64,000 bases of DNA from Eledone cirrhosa (Eukaryota): positions 10,602,001 to 10,666,000 of the forward strand of contig OZ024757.1 of the NCBI GenBank assembly GCA_964016885.1, given 5' to 3'. Shown here one piece after another: positions 36,001 to 48,000 of this stretch (its first letter is position 1; each line of letters begins with the position of its first letter). The position numbers and the translations under genes were made by a program. The notes under the pieces were generated by a model. It searched no databases. It saw only the letters and a list, made by a program, of their open reading frames with translations, and was not told where the DNA came from.

Positions 36001-39000
36001 GTGGAGGTGTTGGTGGTAGTGTTGATTGTGGTGGCGGTGGAGGTAGTGTTGATGGTGGTGGCGGTGGTGGTAGTGTTGATGGTGCTGGAGGTGTTGGTGG
36101 TAGTGTTGATGGTGGTGGCGGTGGTGGTGGTAGTGTTGATGGTGGTGGCGGTGGTGGTAGTGTTGATGATGGTGGCGGTGGTGGTAGTGTTGATCGTGGT
36201 GGTGGTGGTGGCAGTGTTGATGGTGGTGGCGGTGGTGATGGTAGTTTTGATGGTGGTGGCGGTGGTGGTGGTAGTGTTGTTGGTGGTGGCGGTGGTGGTA
36301 GTGTTGATGGTGGTGGCGGTGGTGGTAGTATTGATGATGGTGGCGGTGGTGGTGGTAGTGTTGATGGTGGTGGTGGTGGTGGTAGTGTTGATCGTGGTGG
36401 TGGTGGTGGCAGTGTTGATGGTGGTGGCGGTGGTGATGGTAGTTTTGATGGTGGTGGCGGTGGTGGTGGTAGTGTTGTTGGTGGTGGCGGTGGTGGTGGT
36501 AGTGTTGATGGTGGTGGCGATGGTGGTAGTGTTGAGTGTGGTGGAGGTGTTGGTGGTAGTGTTGATGGTGGTGGCGGTGGTGGTGGTAGTGTTTCTGGTG
36601 GTGGCGGTGGTGGTAGAGTTGATGGTGATGGTGGTGGTGGTAGTGTTGATGGTGGTGGCGGTGGTGGTAGTGTTGATGGTGGTGGCGGTGGTGGTAGTGT
36701 TGATGGCGGTGGTGCTGGTAGTGTTGATGGTGGTGACTGTCGTGGTGGTAGTGTTGATGGTGGTGGCGGTGGTGGTAGTGTTGATGGTGGTGGTGGTAGT
36801 GTTGATGGTGGTGGCGGTGGTGGTAGTGTTGATGGTGGTGCTGGTGGTGGTAGTGTTGATGGTGGTGGTGGTGGTACTGTTGATGGTGGTGGAGGTGGTG
36901 GTGGTAGTGTTGATGGTGGTGGCGGTGGTGGTGGTAGTGTTGATGGTGGTGGTGGTAGTGTTGAGTGTGGTGGAGGTGTTGGTGGTAGTGTTGATGGTGG
37001 TGGCGGTGGTGGTAGTGTTGATGGTGGTGGTGGTGGTGGTAGTGTTGATGGTGGTGGTGGTGGTGGTACTGTTGATTATGGTGGAGGTGGTGGTGGTAGT
37101 GTTGATGGTGGTGGCGGTGGTGGTGGTAGTGTTGATGGTGGTGGTGGTAGTGTTGATGGTGGTGGCGGTGGTGGTAGTGTTGATGGCGGTGGCGGTGGTG
37201 GTAGTATTGATGGTGATGGCGGTGGTGGTAGTGTTGATGGTGGAGGTGGTGGTGGTAGTGTTGATGGTGGTGGCGGTGGTGGTAGAGTTGATGGTGATGG
37301 CGGTGGTGGTAGTGTTGATGGTGGTGGCGGTGGTGGTAGTGTTGATCGTGGTGGCGGTGGTGGTAGTGTTGAGTGTGGTGGAGGTGTTGGTGGTAGTGTT
37401 GATGGTGGTGGCGGTGGTGGTGGTAGTGTTGATGGTGGTGGCGGTGGTGGTAGTGTTGATGGTGGTGGCGGTGGTGGTAGTGTTGATGGTGGTGGCGGTG
37501 GTGGTAGTGTTGATGGTGGTGGCGGTGGTGGTGGTAGTGTTGATGGTGGTGGCGGTGGTGGTAGAGTTGATTGTGATGGCGGTGGTGGTAGTGTTGATTG
37601 TGGTGGCGGTGGAGGTAGTGTTGATGGTGGTGGCGGTGGTCGTAGTGTTGAGTGTGGTGGAGGTGTTGGTGGTAGTGTTGATGGTGGTGGTGGTGGTGGT
37701 GGTAGTGTTGATGGTGGTGGCGGTGGTGGTAGTGTTGATTGTGGTGGCGGTGGAGGTAGTGTTGATGGTGGTGGCGGTGGTCGTAGTGTTGAGTGTGGTG
37801 GAGGTGTTGGTGGTAGTGTTGATGGTGGTGGCGGTGGTGGTGGTAGTGTTGATGGCGGTGGCGGTGGTGGTAGTATTGATGGTGATGGCGGTGGTGGTAG
37901 TGTTGATGGTGGAGGTGTTGGTGGTAGTGTTGATGGTGGTGGCGGTGGTGGTGGTAGTGTTTCTGGTGGTGGCGGTGGTGGTAGAGTTGATGGTGATGGT
38001 GGTGGTGGTAGTGTTGATGGTGGTGGCGGTGGTGTTAGTGTTGATGGTGGTGGCGGTGGTGGTAGTGTTGATGGTGCTGGAGGTGTTGGTGGTAGTGTTG
38101 ATGGTGGTGGCGGTGGTGGTGGTAGTGTTGATGGTGGTGGCGGTGGTGGTAGTGTTGATGATGGTGGCGGTGGTGGTAGTGTTGATCGTGGTGGTGGTGG
38201 TGGCAGTGTTGATGGTGGTGGCGGTGGTGATGGTAGTTTTGATGGTGGTGGCGGTGGTGGTGGTAGTGTTGTTGGTGGTGGCGGTGGTGGTAGTGTTGAT
38301 GGTGGTGGCGGTGGTGGTAGTATTGATGATGGTGGCGGTGGTGGTGGTAGTGTTGATGGTGGTGGTGGTGGTGGTAGTGTTGATCGTGGTGGTGGTGGTG
38401 GTGGCAGTGTTGATGGTGGTGGCGGTGGTGATGGTAGTTTTGATGGTGGTGGCGGTGGTGGTGCTAGTGTTGTTGGTGGTGGCGGTGGTGGTAGTGTTGA
38501 TGGTGGTGGCGGTGGTGGTAGTATTGATGATGGTGGCGGTGGTGGTGGTAGTGTTGATGGTGGTGGCGGTGGTGGTACTGTTGATGGTGGTGGAGGTGGT
38601 GGTGGTAGTGTTGATGGTGGTGGCGATGGTGGTAGTGTTGAGTGTGGTGGAGGTGTTGGTGGTAGTGTTGATGGTGGTGGCGGTGGTGGTGGTAGTGTTT
38701 CTGGTGGTGGCGGTGGTGGTAGAGTTGATGGTGATGGTGGTGGTGGTAGTGTTGATGGTGGTGGCGGTGGTGGTAGTGTTGATGGTGGTGGCGGTGGTGG
38801 TAGTGTTGATGGTGCTGGAGGTGTTGGTGGTAGTGTTGATGGTGGTGGCGGTGGTGGTGGTAGTGTTGATGGTGGTGGCGGTGGTGGTAGTGTTGATGGT
38901 GGTGGCGGTGTTGGTAGTGTTGATCGTGGTGGTGGTGGTGGCAGTGTTGATGGTGGTGGCGGTGGTGATGGTAGTTTTGATGGTGGTGGCGGTGGTGGTG

Positions 39001-42000
39001 GTAGTGTTGTTGGTGGTGGCGGTGGTGGTAGTGTTGATGGTGGTGGCGGTGGTGGTAGTATTGATGATGGTGGCGGTGGTGGTGGTAGTGTTGATGGTGG
39101 TGGCGGTGGTGGTACTGTTGATGGTGGCGGAGGTGGTGGTTGTAGTGTTGATGGTGGTGGCGGTGGTGGTGGTAGTGTTGATGCTGGTGGCGGTGGTGGT
39201 AGAGTTGATGGTGATGGCGGTGGTGGTAGTGTTGATGGTGGAGGTGGTGGTGGTAGTGTTGATGGTGGTGGCGGTGGTGGTGGTAGTGTTGATGGTGGTG
39301 GCGGTGGTGGTAGTGTTGATGGTGGTGGCGGTGGTGGTAGTGTTGATGGTGGTGGCGGTGGTGGTAGTGTTGGTGGTGGTGGTGGCGGTGGTGGTAGTGT
39401 TGATGGTGGTTGCGGTGGTGGTGGTAGTGTTGATGGTGGTGGCGGAGGTGGTAGAGTTGATGGTGATGGCGGTGGTGGTAGTGTTGATGGTGGTGGCGGT
39501 GGAGGTAGTGTTGATGGTGGTGGCGGTGGTGGTAGTGTTGAGTATGGTGGAGGTGTTGGTGGTAGTGTTGATGGTGGTGGCGGTGGTGGTGGTAGTGTTG
39601 ATGGTGGTGGCGGTGGTGGTAGAGTTGATGGTGATGGTGGTGGTGGTAGTGTTGATGGTGGTGGCGGTGGTGGTAGTGTTGATGGTGGTGGCGGTGGTGG
39701 TGGTAGTGTTGATGGTGGTGGCGGTGGTGGTAGTGTTGATGGCGGTGGTGCTGGTAGTGTTGATGGTGGTGACTGTCGTGGTGGTAGTGTTGTGGTGGTG
39801 GCGGTGGTGGTAGTGTTGATGGTGGTGGTGGTAGTGTTGATGGTGGTGGCGGTGGTGGTAGTGTTGATGGTGGTGCTGGTGGTGGTAGTGTTGATGGTGG
39901 TGGTGGTGGTACTGTTGATGGTGGTGGAGGTGGTGGTGGTAGTGTTGATGGTGGTGGCGGTGGTGGTGGTAGTGTTGATGGTGGTGGTGGTAGTGTTGAT
40001 GGTGGTGGCGTGGTGGTAGTGTTGATGGCGGTGGCGGTGGTGGTAGTATTGATGGTGATGGCGGTGGTGGTAGTGTTGATGGTGGAGGTGGTGGTGGTAG
40101 TGTTGATGGTGGTGGCGGTGGTGGTGGTAGTGTTGATGGTGGTGGCGGTGGTGGTAGTGTTGATGGTGGTTGCGGTGGTGGTGGTAGTGTTGATGGTGGT
40201 GGCGGTGGTGGTAGTGTTGATGGTGGTGGCGGTGGTGGTAGTGTTGATGGTGGTGGTGGTGGTGGTAGTGTTGATGGTGGTGGTGGTGGTGGTACTGTTG
40301 ATGGTGGTGGCGGTGGTGGTAGAGTTGATGGTGATGGCGGTGGTGGTAGTGTTGATTGTGGTGGCGGTGGTGGTAGTGTTGATGGTGGTGGCGGTGGTGG
40401 TAGTGTTGATGGTGGTGGCGTTGGTGGTAGTGTTGATGGTGGTGGCGGTGGTGGTAGTGTTGAGTGTGGTGGAGGTGTTGGTGGTAGTGTTGATGGTGGT
40501 GGCGGTGGTGGTGGTAGTGTTGATGGTGGTGGCGTTGGTGGTAGAGTTGATGGTGATGGTGGTGGTGGTAGTGTTGATGGTGGTGGCGGTGGTGGTAGTG
40601 TTGATGGTGGTGGCGGTGGTGGTAGTGTTGATGGTGCTGGAGGTGTTGGTGGTAGTGTTGATGGTGGTGGCGGTGGTGGTGGTAGTGTTGATGGTGGTGG
40701 CGGTGGTGGTAGTGTTGATGGTGGTGGCGGTGGTGGTAGTGTTGATGGTGGTGGCGGTGGTGGTAGTGTTGATGGTGGTGGCGGTGGTGGTAGTGTTGAT
40801 GGTGGTGGTGGCGGTGGTGGTAGTGTTGATGGTGGTTGCGGTGGTGGTGGTAGTGTTGATGGTGGTGGCGGTGGTGGTAGAGTTGATGGTGATGGCGGTG
40901 GTGGTAGTGTTGATGGTGGTGGCGGTGGAGGTAGTGTTGATGGTGGTGGCGGTGGTGGTAGTGTTGAGTAGGGTGGAGGTGCTGGTGGTAGTGTTGATGG
41001 TGGTGGCGGTGGTGGTGGTAGTGTTGATGGTGGTGGCGGTGGTGGTAGAGTTGATGGTGATGGTGGTGGTGGTAGTGTTGATGGTGGTGGCGATGGTGGT
41101 AGTGTTGATGGTGGTGGCGGTGGTGGTAGTGTTGATGGTGCTGGAGGTGTTGGTGGTAGTGTTGATGGTGGTGGCGGTGGTGGTGGTAGTGTTGATGGTG
41201 GTGGCGATGGTGGTAGGGTTGATGGTGGTGGCGGTGGTGGTAGTGTTGATCGTGGCGGTGGTGGTGGCAGTGTTGATGGTGGTGGCGGTGGTGATGGTAG
41301 TGTTGATGGTGGTGGCGGTGGTGGTGATAGTGTTGATGGTGGTGGCGGTGGTGGTACTGTTGATGGTGGTGGCGGTGGTGGTAGTAATGATGATGGTGGC
41401 GGTGGTGGTGGTAGTATTGATGGTGGTGGCGGTGGTGGTAGTGTTGATGGTGGTGGCGGTGGTGCTGGTAGTGTTGATGGTGGTGACTGTGGTGGTGGTA
41501 GTGTTGATGGTGGTGGCGGTGGTGGTAGTGTTGATGGTGGTGGCAGTGGTGGTAGTATTGATGATGGTGGCGGTGGTGGTGGTAGTATTGATGGTGGTGG
41601 CGGTGGTGGTAGTGTTGATGGTGGTGGCGGTGGTGCTGGTAGTGTTGATGGTGGTGACTGTGGTGGTGGTAGTGTTGATGGTGGTGGCGGTGGTGGTAGT
41701 GTTGATGGCGGTGGCGGTGGTGGTAGTGTTGATGGTGGTGGTGCTAGTGTTGATGATGGTGGCGGTGGTGGTAGTGTTGATGGCGGTGGCAGTGGTGGTA
41801 GTGTTGATGGTGGTGGCGGTGGTGGTAGTGTTGAGTGTGGTGGAGGTGTTGGTGGTAGTGTTGATGGTGGTGGCGGTGGTGGTGGTAGTGTTGATGGTGG
41901 TGGCGGTGGTGGTAGTGTTGATGGTGGTGGTGGTGGTGGTAGTGTTGATGGTGGTGGTGGTGGTGGTACTGTTGATGGTGGTGGAGGTGGTGGTGGTAGT

Positions 42001-45000
42001 GTTGATGGTGGTGGCGGTGGTGGTGGTAGTGTTGATGGTGGTGGTGGTAGTGTTGATGGTGGTGGCGGTGGTGGTAGTGTTGATGGCGGTGGCGGTGGTG
42101 GTAGTATTGATGGTGATGGCGGTGGTGGTAGTGTTGATGGTGGAGGTGGTGGTGGTAGTGTTGATGGTGGTGGCGGTGGTGGTGGTAGTGTTGATGGTGG
42201 TGGCGGTGGTGGTAGAGTTGATGGTGATGGCGGTGCTGGTAGTGTTGATGGTGGTGGCGGTGGTGGTAGTGTTGATCGTGGTGGCGGTGGTGGTAGTGTT
42301 GATTGTGGTGGAGGTGTTGGTGGTAGTGTTGATGGTGGTGGCGGTGGTGGGGGTAGTGTTGATGGTGGTGGCGGTGGTGGTAGTGTTGATGGTGGTGGCG
42401 GTGGTGGTAGTGTTGATGGTGGTGGCGGTGGTGGTAGTGTTGATGGTGGTGGCGGTGGTGGTGGTAGTGTTGATGGTGGTGGCGGTGGTGGTAGAGTTGA
42501 TGGTGATGGCGGTGGTGGTAGTGTTGATTGTGGTGGCGGTGGAGGTAGTGTTGATGGTGGTGGCGGTGGTCGTAGTGTTGAGTGTGGTGGAGGTGTTGGT
42601 GGTAGTGTTGATTGTGGTGGCGGTGGAGGTAGTGTTGATGGTGGTGGCGGTGGTGGTAGTGTTGATGGTGCTGGAGGTGTTGGTGGTAGTGTTGATGGTG
42701 GTGGCGGTGGTGGTGGTAGTGTTGATGGTGGTGGCGGTGGTGGTAGTGTTGATGATGGTGGCGGTGGTGGTAGTGTTGATCGTGGTGGTGGTGGTGGCAG
42801 TGTTGATGGTGGTGGCGGTGGTGATGGTAGTTTTGATGGTGGTGGCGGTGGTGGTGGTAGTGTTGTTGGTGGTGGCGGTGGTGGTAGTGTTGATGGTGGT
42901 GGCGGTGGTGGTAGTATTGATGATGGTGGCGGTGGTGGTGGTAGTGTTGATGGTGGTGGTGGTGGTGGTAGTGTTGATCGTGGTGGTGGTGGTGGCAGTG
43001 TTGATGGTGGTGGCGGTGGTGATGGTAGTTTTGATGGTGGTGGCGGTGGTGGTGGTAGTGTTGTTGGTGGTGGCGGTGGTGGTAGTGTTGATGGTGGTGG
43101 AGGTGGTGGTGGTAGTGTTGATGGTGGTGGCGATGGTGGTAGTGTTGAGTGTGGTGGAGGTGTTGGTGGTAGTGTTGATGGTGGTGGCGGTGGTGGTGGT
43201 AGTGTTTCTGGTGGTGGCGGTGGTGGTAGAGTTGATGGTGATGGTGGTGGTGGTAGTGTTGATGGTGGTGGCGGTGGTGGTAGTGTTGATGGTGGTGGCG
43301 GTGGTGGTAGTGTTGATGGCGGTGGTGCTGGTAGTGTTGATGTTGGTGACTGTCGTGGTGGTAGTGTTGATGGTGGTGGCGGTGGTGGTAGTGTTGATGG
43401 TGGTGGTGGTAGTGTTGATGGTGGTGGCGGTGGTGGTAGTGTTGATGGTGGTGGTGGTGGTACTGTTGATGGTGGTGGAGGTGGTGGTGGTAGTGTTGAT
43501 GGTGGTGGCGGTGGTGGTGGTAGTGTTGATGGTGGTGGTGGTAGTGTTGAGTGTGGTGGAGGTGTTGGTGGTAGTGTTGATGGTGGTGGCGGTGGTGGTG
43601 GTAGTGTTGATGGTGGTGGCGGTGGTGGTAGTGTTGATGGTGGTGGTGGTGGTGGTAGTGTTGATGGTGGTGGTGGTGGTGGTACTGTTGATTATGGTGG
43701 AGGTGGTGGTGGTAGTGTTGATGGTGGTGGCGGTGGTGGTGGTAGTGTTGATGGTGGTGGTGGTAGTGTTGATGGTGATGGTGGTGGTGGTAGTGTTGAT
43801 GGTGGTGGCGGTGGTGTTAGTGTTGATGGTGGTGGCGGTGGTGGTAGTGTTGATGGTGCTGGAGGTGTTGGTGGTAGTGTTGATGGTGGTGGCGGTGGTG
43901 GTGGTAGTGTTGATGGTGGTGGCGGTGGTGGTAGTGTTGATGATGGTGGCGGTGGTGGTAGTGTTGATCGTGGTGGTGGTGGTGGCAGTGTTGATGGTGG
44001 TGGCGGTGGTGATGGTAGTTTTGATGGTGGTGGCGGTGGTGGTGGTAGTGTTGTTGGTGGTGGCGGTGGTGGTAGTGTTGATGGTGGTGGCGGTGGTGGT
44101 AGTATTGATGATGGTGGCGGTGGTGGTGGTAGTGTTGATGGTGGTGGTGGTGGTGGTAGTGTTGATCGTGGTGGTGGTGGTGGTGGCAGTGTTGATGGTG
44201 GTGGCGGTGGTGATGGTAGTTTTGATGGTGGTGGCGGTGGTGGTGCTAGTGTTGTTGGTGGTGGCGGTGGTGGTAGTGTTGATGGTGGTGGCGGTGGTGG
44301 TAGTATTGATGATGGTGGCGGTGGTGGTGGTAGTGTTGATGGTGGTGGCGGTGGTGGTACTGTTGATGGTGGTGGAGGTGGTGGTGGTAGTGTTGATGGT
44401 GGTGGCGATGGTGGTAGTGTTGAGTGTGGTGGAGGTGTTGGTGGTAGTGTTGATGGTGGTGGCGGTGGTGGTGGTAGTGTTTCTGGTGGTGGCGGTGGTG
44501 GTAGAGTTGATGGTGATGGTGGTGGTGGTAGTGTTGATGGTGGTGGCGGTGGTGGTAGTGTTGATGGTGGTGGCGGTGGTGGTAGTGTTGATGGTGCTGG
44601 AGGTGTTGGTGGTAGTGTTGATGGTGGTGGCGGTGGTGGTGGTAGTGTTGATGGTGGTGGCGGTGGTGGTAGTGTTGATGGTGGTGGCGGTGTTGGTAGT
44701 GTTGATCGTGGTGGTGGTGGTGGCAGTGTTGATGGTGGTGGCGGTGGTGATGGTAGTTTTGATGGTGGTGGCGGTGGTGGTGGTAGTGTTGTTGGTGGTG
44801 GCGGTGGTGGTAGTGTTGATGGTGGTGGCGGTGGTGGTAGTATTGATGATGGTGGCGGTGGTGGTGGTAGTGTTGATGGTGGTGGCGGTGGTGGTACTGT
44901 TGATGGTGGCGGAGGTGGTGGTTGTAGTGTTGATGGTGGTGGCGGTGGTGGTGGTAGTGTTGATGCTGGTGGCGGTGGTGGTAGAGTTGATGGTGATGGC

Positions 45001-48000
45001 GGTGGTGGTAGTGTTGATGGTGGAGGTGGTGGTGGTAGTGTTGATGGTGGTGGCGGTGGTGGTGGTAGTGTTGATGGTGGTGGCGGTGGTGGTAGTGTTG
45101 ATGGTGGTGGCGGTGGTGGTAGTGTTGATGGTGGTGGCGGTGGTGGTAGTGTTGGTGGTGGTGGTGGCGGTGGTGGTAGTGTTGATGGTGGTTGCGGTGG
45201 TGGTGGTAGTGTTGATGGTGGTGGCGGAGGTGGTAGAGTTGATGGTGATGGCGGTGGTGGTAGTGTTGATGGTGGTGGCGGTGGAGGTAGTGTTGATGGT
45301 GGTGGCGGTGGTGGTAGTGTTGAGTATGGTGGAGGTGTTGGTGGTAGTGTTGATGGTGGTGGCGGTGGTGGTGGTAGTGTTGATGGTGGTGGCGGTGGTG
45401 GTAGAGTTGATGGTGATGGTGGTGGTGGTAGTGTTGATGGTGGTGGCGGTGGTGGTAGTGTTGATGGTGGTGGCGGTGGTGGTGGTAGTGTTGATGGTGG
45501 TGGCGGTGGTGGTAGTGTTGATGGCGGTGGTGCTGGTAGTGTTGATGGTGGTGACTGTCGTGGTGGTAGTGTTGTGGTGGTGGCGGTGGTGGTAGTGTTG
45601 ATGGTGGTGGTGGTAGTGTTGATGGTGGTGGCGGTGGTGGTAGTGTTGATGGTGGTGCTGGTGGTGGTAGTGTTGATGGTGGTGGTGGTGGTACTGTTGA
45701 TGGTGGTGGAGGTGGTGGTGGTAGTGTTGATGGTGGTGGCGGTGGTGGTGGTAGTGTTGATGGTGGTGGTGGTAGTGTTGATGGTGGTGGCGTGGTGGTA
45801 GTGTTGATGGCGGTGGCGGTGGTGGTAGTATTGATGGTGATGGCGGTGGTGGTAGTGTTGATGGTGGAGGTGGTGGTGGTAGTGTTGATGGTGGTGGCGG
45901 TGGTGGTGGTAGTGTTGATGGTGGTGGCGGTGGTGGTAGTGTTGATGGTGGTTGCGGTGGTGGTGGTAGTGTTGATGGTGGTGGCGGTGGTGGTAGTGTT
46001 GATGGTGGTGGCGGTGGTGGTAGTGTTGATGGTGGTGGTGGTGGTGGTAGTGTTGATGGTGGTGGTGGTGGTGGTACTGTTGATGGTGGTGGCGGTGGTG
46101 GTAGAGTTGATGGTGATGGCGGTGGTGGTAGTGTTGATTGTGGTGGCGGTGGTGGTAGTGTTGATGGTGGTGGCGGTGGTGGTAGTGTTGATGGTGGTGG
46201 CGTTGGTGGTAGTGTTGATGGTGGTGGCGGTGGTGGTAGTGTTGAGTGTGGTGGAGGTGTTGGTGGTAGTGTTGATGGTGGTGGCGGTGGTGGTGGTAGT
46301 GTTGATGGTGGTGGCGTTGGTGGTAGAGTTGATGGTGATGGTGGTGGTGGTAGTGTTGATGGTGGTGGCGGTGGTGGTAGTGTTGATGGTGGTGGCGGTG
46401 GTGGTAGTGTTGATGGTGCTGGAGGTGTTGGTGGTAGTGTTGATGGTGGTGGCGGTGGTGGTGGTAGTGTTGATGGTGGTGGCGGTGGTGGTAGTGTTGA
46501 TGGTGGTGGCGGTGGTGGTAGTGTTGATGGTGGTGGCGGTGGTGGTAGTGTTGATGGTGGTGGCGGTGGTGGTAGTGTTGATGGTGGTGGTGGCGGTGGT
46601 GGTAGTGTTGATGGTGGTTGCGGTGGTGGTGGTAGTGTTGATGGTGGTGGCGGTGGTGGTAGAGTTGATGGTGATGGCGGTGGTGGTAGTGTTGATGGTG
46701 GTGGCGGTGGAGGTAGTGTTGATGGTGGTGGCGGTGGTGGTAGTGTTGAGTAGGGTGGAGGTGCTGGTGGTAGTGTTGATGGTGGTGGCGGTGGTGGTGG
46801 TAGTGTTGATGGTGGTGGCGGTGGTGGTAGAGTTGATGGTGATGGTGGTGGTGGTAGTGTTGATGGTGGTGGCGATGGTGGTAGTGTTGATGGTGGTGGC
46901 GGTGGTGGTAGTGTTGATGGTGCTGGAGGTGTTGGTGGTAGTGTTGATGGTGGTGGCGGTGGTGGTGGTAGTGTTGATGGTGGTGGCGATGGTGGTAGGG
47001 TTGATGGTGGTGGCGGTGGTGGTAGTGTTGATCGTGGCGGTGGTGGTGGCAGTGTTGATGGTGGTGGCGGTGGTGATGGTAGTGTTGATGGTGGTGGCGG
47101 TGGTGGTGATAGTGTTGATGGTGGTGGCGGTGGTGGTACTGTTGATGGTGGTGGCGGTGGTGGTAGTAATGATGATGGTGGCGGTGGTGGTGGTAGTATT
47201 GATGGTGGTGGCGGTGGTGGTAGTGTTGATGGTGGTGGCGGTGGTGCTGGTAGTGTTGATGGTGGTGACTGTGGTGGTGGTAGTGTTGATGGTGGTGGCG
47301 GTGGTGGTAGTGTTGATGGTGGTGGCAGTGGTGGTAGTATTGATGATGGTGGCGGTGGTGGTGGTAGTATTGATGGTGGTGGCGGTGGTGGTAGTGTTGA
47401 TGGTGGTGGCGGTGGTGCTGGTAGTGTTGATGGTGGTGACTGTGGTGGTGGTAGTGTTGATGGTGGTGGCGGTGGTGGTAGTGTTGATGGCGGTGGCGGT
47501 GGTGGTAGTGTTGATGGTGGTGGTGCTAGTGTTGATGATGGTGGCGGTGGTGGTAGTGTTGATGGCGGTGGCAGTGGTGGTAGTGTTGATGGTGGTGGCG
47601 GTGGTGGTAGTGTTGAGTGTGGTGGAGGTGTTGGTGGTAGTGTTGATGGTGGTGGCGGTGGTGGTGGTAGTGTTGATGGTGGTGGCGGTGGTGGTAGTGT
47701 TGATGGTGGTGGTGGTGGTGGTAGTGTTGATGGTGGTGGTGGTGGTGGTACTGTTGATGGTGGTGGAGGTGGTGGTGGTAGTGTTGATGGTGGTGGCGGT
47801 GGTGGTGGTAGTGTTGATGGTGGTGGTGGTAGTGTTGATGGTGGTGGCGGTGGTGGTAGTGTTGATGGCGGTGGCGGTGGTGGTAGTATTGATGGTGATG
47901 GCGGTGGTGGTAGTGTTGATGGTGGAGGTGGTGGTGGTAGTGTTGATGGTGGTGGCGGTGGTGGTGGTAGTGTTGATGGTGGTGGCGGTGGTGGTAGAGT